Below, piece after piece: positions 12,778 through 25,002 of a DNA stretch of 64,000 nt. Within the stretch, counting starts at the first letter, position 1. The number at the start of each line of letters is the position of its first letter. The stretch is from Octopus vulgaris. Taxonomy: Eukaryota. The notes under the pieces are model-generated. The model searched no databases, was not told where the DNA came from, and was given only the letters and a program-made list of their open reading frames with translations. The position numbers and the translations under genes were made by a program. The DNA lies in contig OX597830.1 in the NCBI GenBank assembly GCA_951406725.2, positions 54,436,001-54,500,000 of the forward strand. The letters run 5' to 3'.

Positions 12778-13750
12778 TATAGATATATAGATAGATAGAT
12801 ATACACACATATATATATATATATATAAATGTATATATATATAAACATTTATATATACATGCATGTGTGTGTTTGTGTGTTTATGTGTTTGTGTATGTAT
12901 GTGTGTGTGAGGGGGGGAGAGGTCTGTTTGTGTCAAGGAAACATCACAACACAACATTGACCCACCGCCAGATTAAACTGTCTCCAATTTCCCACAGATT
13001 TTAAAGACCACAAAAGAGGTAAATCGGTAACGTTTCATAACAACGCAGTTCCTGAGAAGTAATCAGTCGCAACCATTATTTAACAAACAGACAATAATAA
13101 CAAGAGCAACTGCACCGCCGCCATCACCACCACTGCCACAACCACCACCACTATCATTATCAACTAGAGCAAGGACAACAACAACGACTATTAACAGTTT
13201 TCAACTTATAGGCAATCATTATATCTGTGACTGTGAGCCCTGAGTAAAGATCAAGGGAATATATAACAACTGCAGAAAATTGGCCCCGTGAATGGGGATG
13301 AATTCTTCCTCTTTATAAACAAGAAAGCCGTACGTTGATTAAACCGCGGTGGATCCATGAATGCAGACGAACAGTAACGTACTAAACTAAGGCCCTTAGT
13401 TGTAGGACAAAATCTAAAATCTAAGGAAACCAATAAGGGATTGCGTTGACAATATAACCGCTAACTGACCCTAATCTGAAACGTCCATTTTTCTTTTTCT
13501 TTTTTTGCCAATTCTGATTGCAACAAGAATTTACCGACACTCGATAAACTCATATTTGGATTTTACATTAACTAATGGACAATCCATATTGGACAATCCA
13601 TATTACCCGAAGCTGTTGTGGCTCTGTTCAATGAATACTGACATACGACAGTAGCTCAACGTGGACCCCTCCCCCATCTCTAGCTGAGAAGCCCTTATAT
13701 TATTAATACCTTTCATAAAAGACTCCATACCAGGAACGTACATTGATAAT

Positions 13751-13810
13751 ATGACAGGACGGTCAAAGAAGAAGACGAAGAAAACAAAGAAGAAAAAGAA
13801 ATCAAATGAA
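13751..13810 (+). CDS. EF-hand-containing uncharacterised protein, exon 1 (MTGRSKKKTKKTKKKKKSNE)
   Basis: ATG at 13751, 60 nt, GTAAGT donor at 13811; phase 0 matches exon 2. Confidence 0.7.
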
Positions 13811-13940
13811 GTAAGTCCTAAGCTAGAAGACATATTTTTAAAATTATATTTTAAAGTTATATGCTGTTTTATTATCTTATTTGTTCCAATCATGGAACTT
13901 TTTAGACATACTGGAGCATCGCCTTCTAAAGTATAATCAA

Positions 13941-14329
13941 CTAGCAGTATCGCCCGGCGTTGCTCGGGTTTGTAAGGGAAATAACTATAAAGCATTTTTA
14001 GAGAGTTATAGCCAAAAAATAGCAAAATAATTGAAAAAAAATTATGGTAAATTTTTTTTTTTTTGAGATTTAAAAAGGTCGAGTTGCGTCCCCTAGACAG
14101 TCTGTGGTTTGCGTTTCTGATTCTCGATCCCATGTCGAATTTATCGATTTTTTTCAGAACTGGGGGAACTTTTCAAAATTTTCGCTGCGTTAGTTTTGAA
14201 TTATGACATTGGGCTATGTGTGTGTCAAGTTTTATCAGAATCGGTTGAAAGCCGTGGTCAGGGTGAGGGTACAACCTAACAGACACACAGACACGCAGAC
14301 AGACAAACTGCCGTTTATATAGAGAGAGA
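13941..14329 (-). mobile_element. Non-autonomous Helitron in intron 1 of the EF-hand gene
   Basis: Minus strand 5'-TC...hairpin CCCGAGCAACGCCGGG...CTAG-3', inserted between A and T. Confidence 0.8.
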
Positions 14330-14548
14330 TTATATCGACTAAATCGAATGGTAGTTACTTCATCGACCCCCGAAAGATTAAATGTAAAGTAAAGATGGAT
14401 GGTGGGAATTTTTGACTAAAATACGTAAAGGACGAAATCACGTGGAGTCTTGTATGTTTCAGTTTTGTGTTCTTTCGTATTCGGAGTTGAAATACAGTTG
14501 GGTTAGACGTTAATTTCTATTCTTCCCTGTTAGTGTATTTGTGCGAGC

Positions 14549-14597
<49 letters not shown>

Positions 14598-14659
14598 TGC
14601 GTGTGTGTGTGTGCGTGTACGTTTGCGTGTGTGTGTGTGTGCGTGCGCGTGTGTATGTG

Positions 14660-14694
<35 letters not shown>

Positions 14695-14734
14695 AGAATC
14701 TGTATTAATAATGCTTAGAATATTGTTGCTGTGT

Positions 14735-15055
14735 AGGGGTATTGCTCAGTGGTTAGAGCGTCGAGCTTACGATCGTGGGGTTGTGAGCTCGAATCCCGGA
14801 CCGGACTGCGTGTTGTGTTCTTGAGCAAGACACTTTATTTCACGTTGCTCCAGTTCACTCAGCTGTAGAAATGAGTTGCGGTGTCACAGGTGCCAAGCTG
14901 TATCGACCTTTGTCTTTCCCTTGGATAACACTGGTGGCGTGGAGAGGTAGGGGCGGTATGCATGGGCAATTGCTGGTCTTCCATAAACAACCTTGCCCGG
15001 ACTTTGCCTGGGAGGGTAACTTTCTAGGTGCAATTCCATGGTCAGTGTCTCTCAA
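14735..15055 (+). mobile_element. tRNA-derived SINE, family D. Related copies near 11660-11925, 19445-19685, 29460-29735 (-) and 35675-35950.
   Basis: A box GCTCAGTGGTTAGAGC and B-box-like TCGAATCCC, followed by TTGAGCAAGACACTTTATTTCACGTTGCTCCAG. Confidence 0.75.
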
Positions 15056-15857
15056 GTAATCAGCCGAACACCTGAGGCCCCGCCCACAGATCCATCGTCC
15101 CAGATATGCCATGTCCTTGCCGAGTTAAAGACTTAACACTCACATTCCTGCATGCAGTGGTTAGGCATAAAGGCCACAGTGCAACTCTAAAGATTTGTTG
15201 TATTCCTTCAGCGGTCCATTGTATTTCTAAATAGTTAGACTGTAGATTCACGACTGCGATATAGTTTAGCTCCAGGTCAGCCCTGAACTAGTAGACCGGT
15301 GACCAAATGTATTCCAGCCGTGACAACACTGTGTTTTCCTCTTGTCAACAGAACCCTGGACCGCATTATCGAACATGTTCTATTCTAAGATAGTAACGTG
15401 TCATTTTGAGAAAATTTGAGGAATTTTGGCTGTTAGTTTAGCAGATTAAGCAACAGCATACGAGCCCCGTGATGAAGTTAGTAACGAGGCCTTTAACTGA
15501 TTGAGTTGTTAAGCGTCCATGAGTTTCTTGTTATGTGCGATCCTTCAAGCAACAAAAACATAAATGAATGAGCTTGATTCTTGGATTCAGGGGCAGGTAG
15601 CATAGAACACATCGAATTCTTCGTTTCCGATTGGTCACTTTTGGGTCAGGTGATGGTAACTAGAAGGCGTAGCAGGTTATATATATATATATAATAGGCG
15701 AGTAGTATTAAAAATTTCGAAGTCACTGTCACCCTTCTCATAAAAATTCATTAACATGTACCCTACTAGAAAGTATTGAATTATCCTCCAGTTTGATTTT
15801 AAATTGATTTTATAAGTAACTTGACATCAAAACAAACATATGTATATATAATTCTAG

Positions 15858-16029
15858 GAGAAGCTGGAGAAAGAAGTTGAAATGATGAGGTCGAACGAAG
15901 AATTAGTGGAAAGCATCGTGTACCGTGTGAATCGATGGCTAGCTGTGAACTCCAACTCTGTCACGGAGTTGTTTAGTAGTTATGACACAAATGATGAAGG
16001 ACTTGTTACCTACAAACAGTTTAAGGCAG
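15858..16029 (+). CDS. EF-hand-containing protein, exon 2 (EKLEKEVEMMRS...YDTNDEGLVTYKQFKA), first EF-hand
   Basis: ttctag acceptor, GTAAGT donor at 16030, EF-hand-like loop DTNDEGLVTYKQF; ends in phase 1. Confidence 0.85.
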
Positions 16030-16089
16030 GTAAGTACTTCCTTTTGATGATTCTCACGTCCTTTTTAACGAGGCCGATATAAAAAGATA

Positions 16090-16486
16090 TCTTTATATAT
16101 AAAAGTGAAGTTGTGTGTCTGTCTCCTACGATTTAGATTCCTAACTACTCCTACATTTTGCGGTGCAGTTTAACCAAAACCGGGTATCTTATAGTCGTGA
16201 TTCATATCGAGCCCTTCTGGGTATTAGCGCGCGTCTACGATGAGTTTACGATTTTAAAAAAAATTTACCATCATTTTTTTCCATTTTGATGCATTTTTTC
16301 GCTATTATATAAGGGAAGTAACTCTCTAAAAATGTCTACGATGAGTCAACGATTTAAAAAAAATTTACCATCATTTTTTTTTCATTTTTAATGCATTTTT
16401 TTGCTATCTTTTGGCTATAATTCTCTAAAAATGCTTATATAGTTATTTCCCTTACAAACCCGAGCAACGCCGGGCGATACTGCTAG
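16090..16486 (+). mobile_element. Non-autonomous Helitron in intron 2 of the EF-hand gene
   Basis: A|TC start, CCCGAGCAACGCCGGG hairpin, CTAG|T end. Confidence 0.82.
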
Positions 16487-17484
16487 TTGTTTATATATAC
16501 ATAAATATAGGTTTAAAATTTTGGTACAAGGCCAGCAGTTTTAGCGGTAGAGGTTAAGTCGAGATCATCATCCGTGTTCAACTGGTACTTATTTCATCAT
16601 CTCCAAAAAGGATAAAAGGCTAAGTCGACCTTGACGGCATTTGAACTCAGAACGTTGGAAAGAGTGAAATGCCACATAGCATTTTGTTAGGTGTGCTAAT
16701 TACGTTGCGAGCTCGCTGCCATAAAAATACTGCGGTAATAGTGATAATTATTCTTTAGGAATGTTGTGATATGGCCAGCGGTTTTAGGGTAGAAGTTAGT
16801 CAATACCATCGATCCCAGTACTTGACTTGTACTTTATTTTATCGACCCCGAAAGGATGAAAGGTAAAGTTGACCTCGGCACTATTTAAGCTCAGAACGTG
16901 AAAAGCACTCGAAGGAAATCCGCTAAGCATTTCGTCAGGTATGCTAATGATTCTACTAGATAATCTTTACAATAATCCTTTCTAATTTTCGACTGCCTTC
17001 CCCATTCTTCAATGTTTCTAGCCTTGGCCTATAATTAGAAACCTTATTGATGTGGCCAAGGTGACGAGCTGGAAGAATCGCGAGAGCATCGGATAAAATG
17101 TCATGCGGTATTTGTTCCGGCTCTTTATGTTCTGAGTTCAAAATCACGCCAAAGTGAAATTTACTTTTCATCCTCTGTGGTCTAATTTAGACACACGAGC
17201 CTGGCAATTTTGACGAGAAGGGACAATCGTGTAATCCTCAAAATTGCTGGACCTGTACCTAAATTACATGAAGATAGCTCCCCTTTGCTCTTTTGGCTAG
17301 GAAGGGCAGCCAACATTCCTCTGCCTGGTGAGATTGTATGATGAACTTGCAGTTTCTTTTGTAGATGATCAGGGACAGATCCTAACGTGTATTGTTCATA
17401 AAAGTATTAGTTGAGTTTCGTAGGCGGTCTTCAGTTGGTTGCAGTTAATGTCTCTCATTTATTTATTCCCGTCCAAACTCATAG

Positions 17485-17608
17485 GAATGGTTGATCTCAA
17501 GATCCCGTGTAATTCGGCCGAACTTCATCTGATAACGCTGCTTCTTGATAAGAACTTTACCCAAACAATCAGCTATGTCAACTTGACAAAACAAATCTCC
17601 ACAAACGG
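17485..17608 (+). CDS. EF-hand-containing protein, exon 3 (GMVDLKIPCNSAELHLITLLLDKNFTQTISYVNLTKQISTN), degenerate second EF-hand
   Basis: catag acceptor, GTATGT donor; phases 1 to 2 fit the neighbours; calmodulin-like helix-loop spacing. Confidence 0.82.
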
Positions 17609-17631
17609 GTATGTACCATTCCATTCTTACA

Positions 17632-17797
17632 GCAGTTGTTGTTGTTGTTGTTGTTGTTGCTGTTGTTGTTGTTCTTCTTCTTCTTCTTCTTCTTCTTCTT
17701 CTTGTTCTTGTTCTTCTTCTTCTTCTTCTTCTTCTTCTTCTTCTTCTTCTTCTTCTTCTTCTTCTTCTTCTTCTTCTTCTTCTTCTTCTTCTTCTTC
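17632..17797. repeat. (GTT)n-(CTT)n compound microsatellite just after the exon 3 donor
   Basis: Direct reading. Confidence 0.95.
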
Positions 17798-17893
17798 TAT
17801 ACAAAACTGATTTTGTAATATATATAGTATATATATGGAAAAAGTATATGTATTTGTGAAGGGAGCTGATTTCTCGTCGACAACCATGATTGT

Positions 17894-17938
17894 CACACGC
17901 TGATGATAGGTAAACACCTTGAAACTCGAGTCCGTGTG
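17894..17938 (+). ncRNA. Minimal type I hammerhead ribozyme, sense within intron 3 of the EF-hand gene
   Basis: CACACG-CUGAUGA-uAGGUaaacACCUu-GAAA-CUCGAG-UC-CGUGUG. 6-bp stem I, palindromic ACUCGAGU helix III, GUC site. Confidence 0.8.
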
Positions 17939-18104
17939 TATCATGAGTTGAAGACGGGGAGGATGACTTCCCTTCACAAATACTGAGAGGACACAGATAG
18001 TGTGTCTATAGCCAGCTGGAGGAGATATCTTCCTGGGGCTACAAACAACAGTAGCATCCACCCTTAGGGGTTAGCCATATTCAAATGGCAAATATGCGTC
18101 ACTA

Positions 18105-18175
<71 letters not shown>

Positions 18176-18268
18176 AGGCAATAAAAGAGAATGACTCTCC
18201 CCAGACACAACAAAATATGCTTCAACACGATTTCACATAAGGAATCTTGCAAACCAAATCCCAAAATG

Positions 18269-18324
<56 letters not shown>

Positions 18325-18418
18325 ATACATAGATATATATACATATATATGTACATTTATATATATATATATTACATATATATACACATATATATATATA
18401 TGTGTGTATATACATATA

Positions 18419-18474
<56 letters not shown>

Positions 18475-18489
18475 CATACATATATATGT

Positions 18490-18530
<41 letters not shown>

Positions 18531-18749
18531 TATATATATACATATATCAGTTCACACACATACTCGTATATATGTATCAATGAATCGAGTGTGTTGTGTA
18601 TACATAACGCCTGAAAAAAAGATGGTATTCTCTGAAGACGAAATACAATTGGTATATTCACCTTAAAATCTACCAGAACGTATTCAAAACAAATAGATAC
18701 AGCTCATTAAAACAATCCAAAATTTTCTTTTACGTATCTATGATTTCAG

Positions 18750-18845
18750 ATCTGGAGAGGAATATAACTGTAAAGGGTACTGTTCCCTGTGTGGAAAAGG
18801 AATGGATGATCCGAACATTAACAGGAAACTGGTACCAAGAAAAAG
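18750..18845 (+). CDS. EF-hand-containing protein, exon 4 (SGEEYNCKGYCSLCGKGMDDPNINRKLVPRK), 96-nt symmetric exon with CxxC
   Basis: tttcag acceptor, GTAGGT donor, open in the required phase-2 frame; not reported in this frame by the ORF track. Confidence 0.72.
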
Positions 18846-20064
18846 GTAGGTTATTGTTGTTTAGCTGCGGGTCAACCATGATGCAACAGAATTACGATCG
18901 AAGGAGTTCTAGACACGATCATCCAGTCACGCCAGAATTTTCTTTTCTATTACCCTCAATCCACCCATTTTTCATCACACCAACATTCACGACTTCTTTC
19001 ACACCAACACACGTTATCTACAACTTTATCACACCATCATACACTCTGTGACGCAAGTACATTCCACTGCTGTCACACTTATCCAAGGGTTCCACACAGT
19101 GGGATTAAACCTGAAGACACATAGTTTTAGAAGAGAACATCTTAACCACACAGCCAAATAGATAGCTGCCATATTAGATCCTTCTTGAGAGTTCAATCTC
19201 AGGTGCTTCCTTTGAAACATTTTTACATTATTTTCATTTTCTACCGATATACTTTCTATACCGCTTCAATTATAATTGTTAATAACCAGTAATATACTGG
19301 GGTATTATACTGGTCATGTTGGTCATGTGTTTAGTTGAAGGATCATTTCGCACAGTTGAACAAGAGGTAAGATCTTGGCAGGTCGAGATGGCTAAGAGTT
19401 AAATCATTGGCTAAAGTCATTTCAATTCACATATACTACTAGCGTGGAGGCACGTGGTTTACTGATTAGGTTGTTGGACTCATGATTGTTGTTTCGATTC
19501 CTGGACCGGGCGATGCGTTATGTTTTTGACCAAAACCCCTTCATTTCGCGTTGTTCCAGTCTATTCAGCTGGCAAAAATGAGTAATCCTGCGACGAACCG
19601 GCGTCACATCCATGTAGGAGATATATACGCCATGGAAACAGGGAAACCGGCCCTGTGAGTCTGTATGACTGGGGAAGGAACTTCTATACCACTAGCACTT
19701 TAAGGAAAGTCCCAAGTGTTACGACCTCCTACTTTTCCTTTCTTCCTTAAATATTTAGTCTTTGTAGTTTAATCAAATAAATCAATATACCAAAATTTTG
19801 TTTGAGCTATTGGAACTGATTCACAGTTGGGACCAACCTCTCCAAACTATTTCTTTGTCAGTGAGCCAATAGAGGGGCTTCTACGTTACTGCTTGGTCAG
19901 GCAAATTTCTCTCGAAACACTAACTCTTCTAGCTAATGGCGGAAGCTCTACATGGGTGATGAACTTACTCAAGGGAAGAAGGGAAACATCCGGAACTCTC
20001 TTATGGTCTCCGAGACTTGTAGGTGGAAAAAGTAATCAGAAACCTGGCCTCAATTACTTTCAAT

Positions 20065-20585
20065 AGGTTGGACCCCATTAAAGGTACTTAATGCACAGAT
20101 GATGATGTTAAACTGGGTGACAACAAAGTGGAATCCACGGGAAGTACCTAAGGACTAGATGATGGAGTTAAACTTGTTGACAACAGAGTGAACTCTACTA
20201 AAGGTACTCAAGAACCAGGTAATGGGGTTAAATTGGGTAACAACAAAGTGGACTCCACCCAAGAACCAGGTGATGGTGTTTAACTGGGTGTCAACAGAGT
20301 GGACTCTACTAAAGGCATCCAAAGAGCAGGTGTGGTGTTAAACTGAATGACAATCGGGTAGATTTCACTATATGGACCCAAGGACTACGTAGTAGTATTA
20401 AACTGGGTAGGTACAGAACCACTCTAAAGATACTTAGGGGCCAAGCGATAGTGTTAAACTAGATGACAACAAAGTATACTCAACTAAAGGCATCCGAGGA
20501 CCATGTAGTAGTGTTAAACTGGGCGACAACTGGGTGGGCTCCACTAAAGATACCCTAGGGCCAGGAAGTAGTGTTAAACTGGATG
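20065..20585. repeat. Minisatellite, about 60-bp unit, about 9 copies
   Basis: Recurring GTTAAACTGGGTGACAACA(A/G)AGTGGACTC..CTAAAGG. Confidence 0.9.
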
Positions 20586-21028
20586 TCTGGTTAAATCTAC
20601 CGTACAAGAAAAGAAACGGTTCCTCTGAAAAGCTTCATATAGTTTCCGTCCATCAAATTACACTCTTGACTCTAGGGTTTACCTGAATCTGTGCAGAAGA
20701 TATTTAGTCAAGATGACACATGCCGGTATCGAACCCGGATGTAAACAGCGGCTAAATCTCCTTTACATCATTTCGTCCGTGAATCAATGAGGGAGTCCCT
20801 ATACGGTCACTCGACCTGCAATTTCCATCTACAAATTTCATTCATTAGTCCTTTCGAGGTAACAGTAGAAGATGCTTGTCCAAATTGTCGCACAGTAGGA
20901 TTGAATTCTAGCCACGAGGTTACGAAGCGAATTACTTAACTACCTAAGTACTTGTTTATTTATTTATTTACTAATTTATTTACTAATTCATTCATAGTAC
21001 CTATCATTCATTATTGTTTTTATGTGTG

Positions 21029-21150
<122 letters not shown>

Positions 21151-21175
21151 TATTTATTTATTTATTTTATTTCAG

Positions 21176-21515
21176 ATATGTCCTGTTGGATCTGCGACTG
21201 GCCTCTTTCAGCCAACTCAAAGAACCGTTCATCAATTTCTTCCTCGTTGTCTCGTCTGACACTTATATTTCACAAATCATTCACAAAATCCTCGCCCACA
21301 CAGCCATCTGCACCACCAAAATGGCGCTGTTCCGACAGAAAACCTGCACCAAAAGCTCTCTTCTGCCAGAACAGACAACGCTTGAAGAATGTGCTTACCA
21401 TGGCTACTGTAAGCAACATCCACAAGAAGTCGCCTTGTTCTACGACTTCTGCGAAGACTTCACCGATTGTCCACTCCTGATGGCAGACTATTATTTTACC
21501 AAAAACTACACCTGA
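21176..21515 (+). CDS. EF-hand-containing protein, exon 5 (YVLLDLRL...DCPLLMADYYFTKNYT*), possibly a ubiquitin-like fold
   Basis: ttttatttcag acceptor, phase 2, TGA stop. The five exons total 792 nt = 263 aa + stop. The fold assignment is inference. Confidence 0.82.
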
Positions 21516-21842
21516 AGACACGTGATATCGTTCCCAACACAAGCTTTGAATTTATTTATTTATTTATTCAGTTCATATTTCGACGCCTCCGTGAGAAGAA
21601 GAAGAGTAGAGTCCGGGACTCTCTTTCCAGGACTCTTGAAAAAAGGAGACAGTTGTTCTTAGATTGAGACCTTGCTTGAATGCTAATAACAAAGAGAGAC
21701 TCTGCTAAAAAACATCCAAGAGTTTCATGATTGTTTCCAATTTTGGCAGTCATTCTGCATTTGGTGTTAGGGCCTCTTTCATTATTTTGCTTTTTTAATT
21801 TTTAATTTCTTAAATGGCTGCCCTGGTGGCAAAATTTGAAAC

Positions 21843-21908
<66 letters not shown>

Positions 21909-22115
21909 CATCATTATTATTTTCCTTCTTTCTTCAAATTTTCTTCCATTTCTCGCCGAGTGTTTTCTGTACACCCAGGGCAGAGAAACTGGTACTGGTC
22001 TTGTGCAGCGAGAATCAGTCCTTCCGTTTCAGCTTTTCATCCAGAGCTTTTGAGCCATTGTTGGCTTTTAATTAGGCTAATTTCTTCTCTGGAGGAGTTA
22101 CCTCAATCCTTTATA

Positions 22116-22169
<54 letters not shown>

Positions 22170-22173
<4 letters not shown>

Positions 22174-22624
22174 TAGTTATATTTATATTGCGTGCTTTGA
22201 CTTCACTACCGATTTACTGTGATGCTCTGATGGTTACTGTATTGAAAGTGTTTTGCGTTGGATGTGTGCAGTACGCAGTAGTACAATTTTCTTTATGTTA
22301 TATGTGTTTGTAGGTCCTGGTGTATTTTGTATTTTGAAAGTTTCTCCATTTCTTTTAGAGACACGTTGTCATCTGCTGGTATTGATACAGCAATTAGAAA
22401 GCGTTTTTTTATCTTCATGATCTCTGATAACTATATCTGGCCTGTTGGTTTTAATTTCTCTATCTGTGTGTATTGGCATATCCCAGAGTATGGTTGCTTT
22501 CTCGTTTTCTGTGACCTTTTCTGGTGTGTGTCTATACCATTTTTTTTCTGTTGTTATTCCATAATGTTGGCATAACTTCCAGTGAATGTAGGTCCCAACT
22601 CTGTCGTGTCTGTGAATATATTCC

Positions 22625-22685
<61 letters not shown>

Positions 22686-23281
22686 ATAGTTATATTTTTA
22701 TAGCGTGCTTTCACTTCACTACCGAGCGCAGCTCTGTGTGCCTTGGGTATGTGCTGTGATTTACTGTGATGCTCTGATGGTTACTGTATTGAAAGTGTTT
22801 TGCGTTGGATGTGTGCAGTACGCAGTAGTACAATTTTCTTTATGTTAAATGTGTTTGTAGGTCCTGGTGTTTTTGTTATGTATTTATCTGAATATTTTTT
22901 TATCATACCTAATGCGCCTACTATGATAGGAATTGTTTCTGTTTTTAGATTCCACATTCGAGTTACCTCTATTTCCAGGTCTTTGTATTTTGAAAGTTTC
23001 TCCATTTCTTTTAGAGACACGTTGTCATCTGCTGGTATTGATACAGCAATTAGAAAGCGTTTTTTTTATCTTCATGATCTCTGATAACTATATCTGGCCT
23101 GTTGGTTTTAATTTCTCTATCTGTGTGTATTGGCATATCCCAGAGTATGGTTGCTTTCTCGTTTTCTGTGACCTTTTCTGGTGTGTGTCTATACCATCTT
23201 TTTTCTGTTGTTATTCCATAATGTTGGCATAACTTCCAGTGTATGTAGGTTCCAACTCTGTCGTGTCTGTGAATATATTCC

Positions 23282-23313
<32 letters not shown>

Positions 23314-24125
23314 TAGTTTTATTTTTATAGCGTGCTTTCACTTCACTACCGAGCGCAGCTCTGTGTGCCTTGGGTATGTGCTATGATTTGTTGTGATGCT
23401 CTGATGGTTATTGTATGGAAAGTGTTCTGCGTAGGATGTGTGCAGTGCCTAGTAGTGCAATTTTCTGTATGTTATATGTGTTTGTAAGTCCTGGTGTTTT
23501 TGTTATGTATTTGTCTGAATATTTTTTTATCATGCCTAATGCACCTACTATGATAGGAATTGTTTCTGTTTTCAGATTCCACATTCTAGTTACCTCTATT
23601 TCCAGGTCTTTGTATTTTGAGAGTTTCTCCATTTCCTTTAGAGACACGTTGTCATCTGCTGGTATTGATACATCAATTAGAAAGCATTTTTTTCTTCATG
23701 ATCTCTGACAACTATATCTGGTCTGTTGGCCTTAATTTCTCTATCTGTGTGTATCGGCATATCCCAGAGTATGGTTGCTTTCTCGTTTTCTGTGACCTTT
23801 TCTGGTGCGTGCCTATACCATCTTTTTTCTGTTGTTATTCCATAATGTTGGCATAGCTTCCAATGTATGTAGGTTCCAACTCTGTCATGTCTGTGAATAT
23901 ATTCCTTCTTAGCCAGGACTGGGCAGCTAGAGATAATATGATTTATTGTTTCTTGTCCATCTCCACATATTCTGCAGTTACTTCTAATATTTCTTTTCAT
24001 TACATGTTTTTGGTAATTTCCGGTGGGGAGGCTTTGGTCTTGTGCTGCAATTAAAAAACCCTCTGTTTCTGCTTTGAGTCCTGAGCTTCTCAACCATTGC
24101 TGGGATTTTTCTTTGTCTATTTCTT
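22170..24125 (-). mobile_element. Three tandem 5'-truncated RLE-type (R4/Dong-like) non-LTR retrotransposon copies: about 22170-22625, 22685-23283 and 23310-24125
   Basis: CCHC knuckle CRICGDGQETINHIISSC, RHD, RPDIVV and EKLSKYKDL endonuclease motifs; each copy is bounded by (TAA)n. Confidence 0.9.
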
Positions 24126-24140
24126 TTATTATTATTATTA

Positions 24141-24183
<43 letters not shown>

Positions 24184-24184
24184 C

Positions 24185-24675
24185 CATTGTGGAGATGCAC
24201 CGCCACCTTCTTTTGGCTAGGAAGGAAAGGAAGTTTTCCTCTGCCTGGTAGCTATTGCGAAAGAGATAGTGTAGTGGACGAGATTGAAAGGACTGAAGAC
24301 CTTTCCGACCTTTTCAAGCTCCATTTGAAAAGGAAAGTGAAGTGGTGCCTCCCAGTATTTTTTGTTGAAAGATGGGTGAATGTGGCGAGGATGGCCCGTG
24401 TGAATGGTTCTACTCTGAACATGCGGGAAGTCGAGAGGGAGTGAGGTGCCCTTGGCAGTTGAGGTAACCAGGATGTGTGAAGTTTCTTGGCTGGCCCTGG
24501 AAGAAACTCCCTGCTTCGGGGGGAATTTTATTATTTTCATTGTTTAAATTTTGTTGTTAATTTTTATTAATTTTATTTTTTGTACGCTAATATTGTGCCT
24601 AATCCCACTTTGTCTCTCATGTCAAACCGTCCCTATTTGTTTTGCGTTCGGCCCTTGTGGCCAATAAAGAAAAGA
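24185..24675 (+). mobile_element. L1/Tx1-like LINE 3' end. Related remnants near 17280-17340, 30540-30880 and 34540-34700.
   Basis: FKLHLKRKVK...FVERWVNVARMARV terminal peptide, then a CCCTTGTGGCCAATAAAGAAA tail. Confidence 0.5.
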
Positions 24676-24966
24676 TTATTATTATTATTATTATTGTTGT
24701 TGTTGTTATTGTTATTATTATTATTGTTAAACCCTTGTGATTAATAAAGAAATCGTTATTTTTGCTATTATTGCACGTCGGGCGAAACGCTTAGCGGTAT
24801 TTTGTCCGTCTTAACGTTCTGATTTGAAATTTTGCCCAGGTTGACTTTGCCTTTCATTCTTTTAAGGTCGATAAATTAAGTACCAGTGAAATACTGGGGT
24901 CGATGTAACCGACTACTCCCCTCCCCGTAAATTTCAGACCTTATAACTTTAGTAGAAAGGATTATT

Positions 24967-25002
<36 letters not shown>

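Noticed and set aside
14735-14810. tRNA-like sequence with A and B boxes (also at 11665-11735)
   Set aside because: No proper acceptor stem, and it continues into a repeated SINE body; this is a SINE head
17410-17440. Minus-strand CUGAAGA...GAAA hammerhead-like boxes
   Set aside because: No stem II or stem I complementarity; probably a repeat fragment
18740-19051. 103-aa ORF in the ORF track
   Set aside because: Wrong frame; the splice-consistent exon 18750-18845 reads in another frame
20065-20585. Regularly spaced repeats as a possible CRISPR array
   Set aside because: The whole unit is repeated with no unique spacers; eukaryotic intron; no cas genes
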